Shown: positions 58,331 to 64,000 of the stretch, piece after piece
Layout of the letters: each line of letters begins with the position of its first letter
Numbering within the stretch: position 1 is the first letter of the stretch
Assembly: GCA_040220235.1 (NCBI GenBank)
Contig: JAVJTO010000049.1
DNA: 64,000 nt
DNA from: Coleofasciculus sp. B1-GNL1-01
GTDB taxonomy: Bacteria; Cyanobacteriota; Cyanobacteriia; Cyanobacteriales; Coleofasciculaceae
Strand: one strand, 5' to 3'
The notes under the pieces: model-generated
The model's database searches: none
What the model was told of the DNA's origin: nothing
Seen by the model: the letters and a program-made list of their open reading frames with translations, nothing else
Position numbers and translations under genes: made by a program

Positions 58331-60484
58331 GTGACCAAATATCAGAGTGTTCTCCAACACAGCGAAGAAGACTGCGGTGCAGCTTGTCTGGCTACAATTA
58401 CCAAACACCACGGGCGTACCTTTACCATTAGTCGTATCCGAGAAGCCGTTGGCACCGGACAACAGGGAACCACTTTATTAGGACTTAAACGAGGCGCGGA
58501 AGCCCTAGGTTTTAATGCTCGTTCCGTTAAAGCCACCCCGGAAATCCTCGACAAACTAGATCAAGCCCCCTTACCCGCCGTCATTCACTGGATGGGCTAT
58601 CACTGGGTTGTATTATATGGGCAACGAGGCAGAAAATACATCATCGCTGATCCCGCCGTCGGTATCCGTTATCTGTCCAAATCCGAACTCGCCCAAGGTT
58701 GGATAAATGGCGTAATGCTCTTACTTCAACCTGATTCTAGTCGCTTTTTTGCCCAACCCGATGATAGTGATAAACCCAGTGGCTTTATCCGCTTTCTCAA
58801 GCGCGTCTTACCCTATCAAGGCATTCTCGGCGAAGCCTTATTAATTAACCTGGTTCTTGGTTTACTTTCCCTAGCTTACCCCTTCTTCATTCAAATTCTC
58901 ACCGATGAGGTGTTGGTACAGGGGGATACCCAGTTGCTAACGGGTGTAGTCGTTGCGGTGATGGTGATGAACCTGGTGCAAAGCAGCCTACAACTCGTAC
59001 AATCGAATCTAATTGCCCACTTTGCCCAACGCTTAGAATTGGGACTTGTCCTGGAATTCGGACGGCAAATCCTGCGCCTTCCCTTAAGTTACTACGAATC
59101 CCGTCGCAGTGGCGAAATCGTCAGCCGTCTCCGTGATATCCGCGAAATTAACCAACTCGTCTCCCAAGCGATTATCAGCCTCCCCAGTCAGTTTTTTATT
59201 GCCCTAGTTTCCTTGGGTTTCATGCTGTTCTATAGCTGGAAACTCACGATTGCGGCGGCGGTAATTGCTGTGTTAATGACCCTTTCCACCATCATTTTCC
59301 TCCCTACTCTGCAACAGAAAACTCGCCGACTTTTAGTCACCGATGCCGAAAATCAAGGGGTTTTAGTCGAAACCTTTAAAGGCGCACTCACCCTAAAAAC
59401 TACCAACGCCGCCCCCCAAGCCTGGGAGGAATTTCAAAGTCGTTTTGGTCGCCTTGCGAATGTCACCTTCCGCACCATTCAAATTGCCATTTATAATAAT
59501 GTATTCTCTGGATTAGTCTCCAGCATCGGTAGTATTGCCTTACTCTGGTTTGGGAGTCGCCTAGTTATTGGAAATGACTTAACCATCGGTCAATTGCTGG
59601 CATTTAACAGCATGAATGGTAACTTTACCACCTTTATCAAAACCACAATTACCTTTGTGGATGAATTCACCCGTGCCAAAACCGCGACAGAACGATTAAC
59701 CGAAGTCATCGACGCCACTCCAGAAACCCCAGATGACAGCAAAAAACCCTTTGCCAAAATTCCCGACGCGGCGGATATTATCTGCACCAATCTTAACTTT
59801 CATCATACCGGACGAGTGAACCTGCTCACCGATTTTTCCCTTACCATTCCCGGTGAAAAAGTCACCGCCTTAATTGGCAAATCCGGCTGTGGTAAAAGCA
59901 CCTTAGCCAAACTCATCGCCAGTCTCTATTCCCTGCAATCGGGTAATATTCGCATTGGCATTTATAATCTCCAGGATCTCTCTCTAGACTGTTTACGACA
60001 ACAAGTTATTTTAGTTCCCCAAGAACCCCATTTTTGGAGTCGTTCCATTTTAGAAAACTTCCTCTTCAGCTATCCCAACGCCACGTTTGAGCAAATTGTC
60101 ACCGCCTGTCAAATTGCCAATGCAGATGAATTTATTACGCAACTTCCCGATAAATATCAAACAGTTTTAGGTGAATTCGGTGCCAATCTTTCTGGGGGAC
60201 AACGACAGCGATTAGCCATTGCTAGAGCAATTGTTACTGATCCGCCCATACTCATATTAGACGAATCAACAGGCGCTCTTGACCCCGTAGGTGAAGCCGA
60301 AGTTCTAGACAAATTACTGTTTCATCGCCAAGGCAAAACTACAATAATGATTAGCCACCGCCCTCGCGTAATCAACCGCGCCGATTGGATTGTCCTCCTG
60401 GAAAATGGACAACTCAAACTAACGGGAACTCCCGATGAATTACGCTGCTTGGAAGGAACTCATCTAGACTTCCTAAACCCTTAA
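58331..60484 (+). CDS. Peptidase-containing ABC transporter (C39 + TMD + NBD; LanT-type)
   Basis: QHSEEDCGAAC, HWVV, ADP, GKSGCGKS, LSGGQ and LILDE. Confidence 0.96.
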   Translation: MTKYQSVLQHSEEDCGAACLATITKHHGRTFTISRIREAVGTGQQGTTLLGLKRGAEALGFNARSVKATPEILDKLDQAPLPAVIHWMGYHWVVLYGQRGRKYIIADPAVGIRYLSKSELAQGWINGVMLLLQPDSSRFFAQPDDSDKPSGFIRFLKRVLPYQGILGEALLINLVLGLLSLAYPFFIQILTDEVLVQGDTQLLTGVVVAVMVMNLVQSSLQLVQSNLIAHFAQRLELGLVLEFGRQILRLPLSYYESRRSGEIVSRLRDIREINQLVSQAIISLPSQFFIALVSLGFMLFYSWKLTIAAAVIAVLMTLSTIIFLPTLQQKTRRLLVTDAENQGVLVETFKGALTLKTTNAAPQAWEEFQSRFGRLANVTFRTIQIAIYNNVFSGLVSSIGSIALLWFGSRLVIGNDLTIGQLLAFNSMNGNFTTFIKTTITFVDEFTRAKTATERLTEVIDATPETPDDSKKPFAKIPDAADIICTNLNFHHTGRVNLLTDFSLTIPGEKVTALIGKSGCGKSTLAKLIASLYSLQSGNIRIGIYNLQDLSLDCLRQQVILVPQEPHFWSRSILENFLFSYPNATFEQIVTACQIANADEFITQLPDKYQTVLGEFGANLSGGQRQRLAIARAIVTDPPILILDESTGALDPVGEAEVLDKLLFHRQGKTTIMISHRPRVINRADWIVLLENGQLKLTGTPDELRCLEGTHLDFLNP

Positions 60485-61381
60485 CCCTCAACTAAAGTTG
60501 GGGCTAAAAGCTAAAACCCGTTGAAACGGGTTCAAAGAGTTAATTCATTTCTTTCCAGGCTATGGGAGTCAGCGCCATTTAGCTTAAGTTCGTAGTTGCG
60601 CTTGTAGTTGCGCTTTAGCGCCGGTCACAAACTGACGTGGCACAAGTAAAATGGAGAAACAATAAATAATATTAACTTACCCTGCATCCAGTATCAATAA
60701 ATATCTGACACCGCATACCTTTAAACAAGAGCGAGTCCAAACAAGTTAACCCTAAACCGCCGACGATAAACAGCGACTCGCCCCTACAACCTAACCGCGA
60801 TAAACCCCACAATCTCAATTGAATCAATACCCATCCCAATCTAGTGGCGTGGCACACCTAATTTGGTTGATTAGATTCGGTTTGTAGTAGGGGATGCGAG
60901 CCCTAGATTCCGCCCTAGTAACATGCGTCAACCTAACCTACAACCTATTCCACAATTTTAGCTTGGCACACCTTATTTAATGAATTAGAATTACGCCCGG
61001 AAACTGTAGGGGCGCATGGCGTGCGCCCGATTCAATGGTAAAATCTATTCCACCTAGGTTGGGTTGGCAACTGTTACCAAACAGAATCTAGGGCTAAAGC
61101 CCTTACTACAAACTAAAGCGAATTTGGTATAACTTCCCCATAGCCGCGATCGCGTATACTACATTAACCTAATAATGTCAAAAAAAAATTCTATTTTTTA
61201 CAAAAATACATGCATCCAAGCTCTACAGTTTTTTGCGCCTATATGTGCCAAATTAGCGCATAAATCTCGCTAAATCAGGCATTTCAGCGACTGATGAACC
61301 GGATTTATCTAAAACTAGACACACTAAGCCACAATTTTCAATTCTACCAAATCGCTGAACCAACGCAAACTCGTCGCTAAT

Positions 61382-61396
61382 TGAGAATAATTCTCA
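61382..61396. promoter_or_regulatory. Fur-box-like 7-1-7 palindrome TGAGAAT-A-ATTCTCA
   Basis: Perfect inverted repeat resembling the Fur consensus, 200 bp upstream of the glycosyltransferase. Confidence 0.55.
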
Positions 61397-61595
61397 CACT
61401 TTTTTTCCCCGTAACGTTCTGTAAATCAACAAATTTCTAATCTAAACCCATGAAAACGAAAACGTTTAATTATCACCCACAGACTCGACTCTGAACGAAT
61501 CCCCGATCTGTGATAATGGATCACGAGATCCCCCAGTTATCGAGGAAAAAGTCCACAAGAGAAAAACTGTATCCCAGACTACGAAACATCATCTG

Positions 61596-62810
61596 ATGCG
61601 AATCTTATTTTTGCATTCCAACTTTCCCGCCCAATTCCGCCACCTCGCCGTTAGCTTGGCGCAAGACCCGCGTCACCAGGTTGTCTTTGGCACAACCCGC
61701 AAAGAAGGTCAACTACCTGGTGTTGCCAAAGCCATCTACGCACCCTCCCGCCAAGCCCGTCCAGAAACTCATCACTACGTCCGCCCCTTGGAAAATGCAG
61801 TGCTCCAAGGGCAAGCGGTTTATCGCCTGTGTGAACAACTCAAAGCCCAAGGGTTTATCCCCGATGTGGTTTACGGTCATTCCGGTTGGGGTCCAACCTT
61901 CTTTATCAAAGACAGTTTCCCGAAGGCGAAACTATTATGCTATTTCGAGTGGTTTTATCACGCTCATGGTTCAGACGCCGACTTCGATCCAGCAGAACCC
62001 CTCAACGCCGACGACGAAGCCCGGATTCGGATCAAAAACGCGCCGATTCTGATTGATTTATACAGTTGCGATCGCGGACTCTCCCCCACCCATTGGCAGC
62101 AGCAACAGTTCCCCCCAGAGTATCGGGATAAAATTACGGTACACCATGATGGGATTGACACCAACTTTTTTCAACCAAAACCAGGACACAAATTAGTCCT
62201 ACCTCGGTTAAATTTAGACCTATCTCACGTCGAGGAACTTGTCACTTATGTCGCCAGAGGGATGGAACCCTATCGCGGCTTTCCTCAGTTGATGGAAACC
62301 ATTGCCTTACTCCAAGAAAAACGCCCCCATTGTCATGTGGTTATTGTCGGCGAAAATCGTGTCGCCTATGGGAAATCCCTTCCGGATGGCAAAACCTATA
62401 AGGATGTCATGCTGGAAAAATTTCCTCTGGATCTCAACCGCGTACATTTTACCGGCTTACTTCCCTATCCCGATTATCTGCAAGTATTACAAGCTTCTTC
62501 CGTTCATATTTATTTAACTCGTCCCTTTGTTTTATCCTGGTCAATGTTAGAAGCCTTATCAACAGCCTGTTTAGTGGTGGCGTCGAACACCGCACCTGTG
62601 ACTGAGGTTATCCAGGATGGGGTAAATGGTCTATTAGCCGACTTCTTTTCGCCCCAAGCCATAGCTGAACGGGTGGAAGAGGTGCTGAATCATCCTAACG
62701 GTATGGCGGCGTTGCGATTTCAAGCGCGAAAAACGATTCTGGAGCGTTATGATTTATCTCAATTATTGACGCAGCATATCCAGTGGATCGAACAAGCTAA
62801 TACGTTGTAA
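61596..62810 (+). CDS. Glycosyltransferase family 4 (GT-B)
   Basis: HSNFPAQF, HSGWG, YFEW, RGMEPYRG and YLTRPFVLSWSMLEA. Confidence 0.92.
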   Translation: MRILFLHSNFPAQFRHLAVSLAQDPRHQVVFGTTRKEGQLPGVAKAIYAPSRQARPETHHYVRPLENAVLQGQAVYRLCEQLKAQGFIPDVVYGHSGWGPTFFIKDSFPKAKLLCYFEWFYHAHGSDADFDPAEPLNADDEARIRIKNAPILIDLYSCDRGLSPTHWQQQQFPPEYRDKITVHHDGIDTNFFQPKPGHKLVLPRLNLDLSHVEELVTYVARGMEPYRGFPQLMETIALLQEKRPHCHVVIVGENRVAYGKSLPDGKTYKDVMLEKFPLDLNRVHFTGLLPYPDYLQVLQASSVHIYLTRPFVLSWSMLEALSTACLVVASNTAPVTEVIQDGVNGLLADFFSPQAIAERVEEVLNHPNGMAALRFQARKTILERYDLSQLLTQHIQWIEQANTL

Positions 62811-63080
62811 ATCAATTACCTTCTTTGGTAGATTAGCTTGGGTTCGTAGTAGGGAACCTTAGCCTAGATTCTGTTGGGTTGAGCGAAGTCGAAACCCAAC
62901 CTACAACCTATTCCACGATTTTAGCTGTGCCACGCCACTACTGGCTTGGCGCACCTAATTTAGTGGATTAGCCTTATACCCAGAAAACTTATACAATTAG
63001 AGGCTAAAGCCCCTACTACGAACCTAATCTATCCCACGATTTTAGCTGTGTCAGTCCACTACAAGAAGTTTTAATTCGGA

Positions 63081-63797
63081 TTAGCTTAAGGCGTGACGTT
63101 GAGCGTCTAATAACTCCTGAATTCCTTTTTCTGCCAAATCAATTAACTGATTAAGTTGAGTCCGACTAAAGCTTTCTTCTTCCGCTGTTCCCTGAATTTC
63201 AATAATGTTTAATTCGTCGTTCATGACAATATTGAAATCCGTTTGCGCGGCGACATCTTCTTCGTACTTTAAATCCAAAAACGGCTCACCCGCCAACAGT
63301 CCCACCGAAACCGCCGCGATTTGGTGACGGATTGGCGATCGCTCTAAGTCTCCAGCTTGGACTAATTTATCTAACGCTTCAGCTAGGGCGACGTATCCGC
63401 CAGTAATCGAAGCGGTACGAGTTCCTGCATCAGCTTGCAACACATCCGCATCCACAAAAACGGTGCGTTCTCCTAAGGCGGTTAAATCGACAGCCGCTCT
63501 TAAACTGCGTCCAATCAATCGTTGAATTTCTTGAGTTCGACCCGATAGTTTAAGTAATTCCCGGGTTTGGCGTTGGGGTGTGGCGCCGGGAAGCATCCGA
63601 TACTCGGCGGTTAACCAACCACTACCTGTTCCTTCCAGAAACCGAGGAATTCCCTCCTGAATGGTGACATTACACAATACTTGGGTATCACCGCACTTGG
63701 TCAATACAGAACCCGGTGCAAATTTAGTGAATCCGCGTACAAAACTGATGGGACGGAGTTGGTTGGGTTGGCGATGATCAGGACGTTGCCAAGACAT
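63081..63797 (-). CDS. rph: Ribonuclease PH
   Basis: [37 protein letters not shown] and EIQGTAE. Confidence 0.97.
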   Translation of the reverse strand: MSWQRPDHRQPNQLRPISFVRGFTKFAPGSVLTKCGDTQVLCNVTIQEGIPRFLEGTGSGWLTAEYRMLPGATPQRQTRELLKLSGRTQEIQRLIGRSLRAAVDLTALGERTVFVDADVLQADAGTRTASITGGYVALAEALDKLVQAGDLERSPIRHQIAAVSVGLLAGEPFLDLKYEEDVAAQTDFNIVMNDELNIIEIQGTAEEESFSRTQLNQLIDLAEKGIQELLDAQRHALS

Positions 63798-63838
63798 GGT
63801 ACTACTTCTTTGTAAGAACGGGGTTGGGTCAAAAAAGG

Positions 63839-64000
63839 TTAATCGTCCAGTTCAAGTTTATGTAAGATATTCTGCTGAACTTGCTCTGGCGGTTGGTCAC
63901 CGTTTATCGTTAACAGCTTTTGACGATAGTCATAGTACTCCAGGATGGGAACCGTGCGCTCGTGAAATAACTCGATGCGGCGCGGGACAATTTCGGGATG
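63839..64000 (-). CDS. adk: Adenylate kinase-family protein, C-terminal part (runs off the window)
   Basis: Manual translation [53 protein letters not shown]. Confidence 0.8.
   Translation of the reverse strand, partial: HPEIVPRRIELFHERTVPILEYYDYRQKLLTINGDQPPEQVQQNILHKLELDD

Noticed and set aside
688..62517. Many short ORF-track entries overlapping larger genes or repeats (e.g. 688-972, 7040-7342, 28895-29077, 41991-42395, 49673-50053, 60672-60857)
   Set aside because: They are shadow frames of well-supported genes or repeat-derived, with no recognisable motifs
1..64000. Very frequent GCGATCGC octamer
   Set aside because: This is HIP1, a well-known cyanobacterial feature; useful only for taxonomy

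Overview
64-kb chromosomal window of a cyanobacterium, probably filamentous and Coleofasciculus/Microcoleus-like (inference from chlB, ycf34, sipA, cbiX, frequent HIP1 GCGATCGC and several Uma2 genes). Housekeeping genes (cbiX with a cobalamin riboswitch, CCA-adding enzyme, map, purB, chlB, rph, partial adk) are mixed with IS remnants (TnpB/IS605, ISKra4, IS4) and many GTAG-REP/MITE-like repeats. Several of these repeats have been recruited into coding sequence. The most interesting region is ~49.3-60.5 kb, a hybrid RiPP cluster: LanM with a mersacidin-type precursor, a C39 peptidase ABC exporter with HlyD, and a small radical SAM enzyme lacking SPASM cysteines. The rSAM gene is flanked by two Cys-free double-glycine precursors with repeated cores (YVGG repeats; GEPQPQP repeats plus FPIGIP). 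Also notable are a three-gene coiled-coil/unknown/HNH operon, a membrane-anchored Hsp70-like plus GrpE-like pair, and a CBS-GAF-PAS hybrid kinase with two cyanobacteriochrome-type GAFs. No rRNA, tRNA or CRISPR array was seen. All calls come from motif recognition only; no database searches were run.
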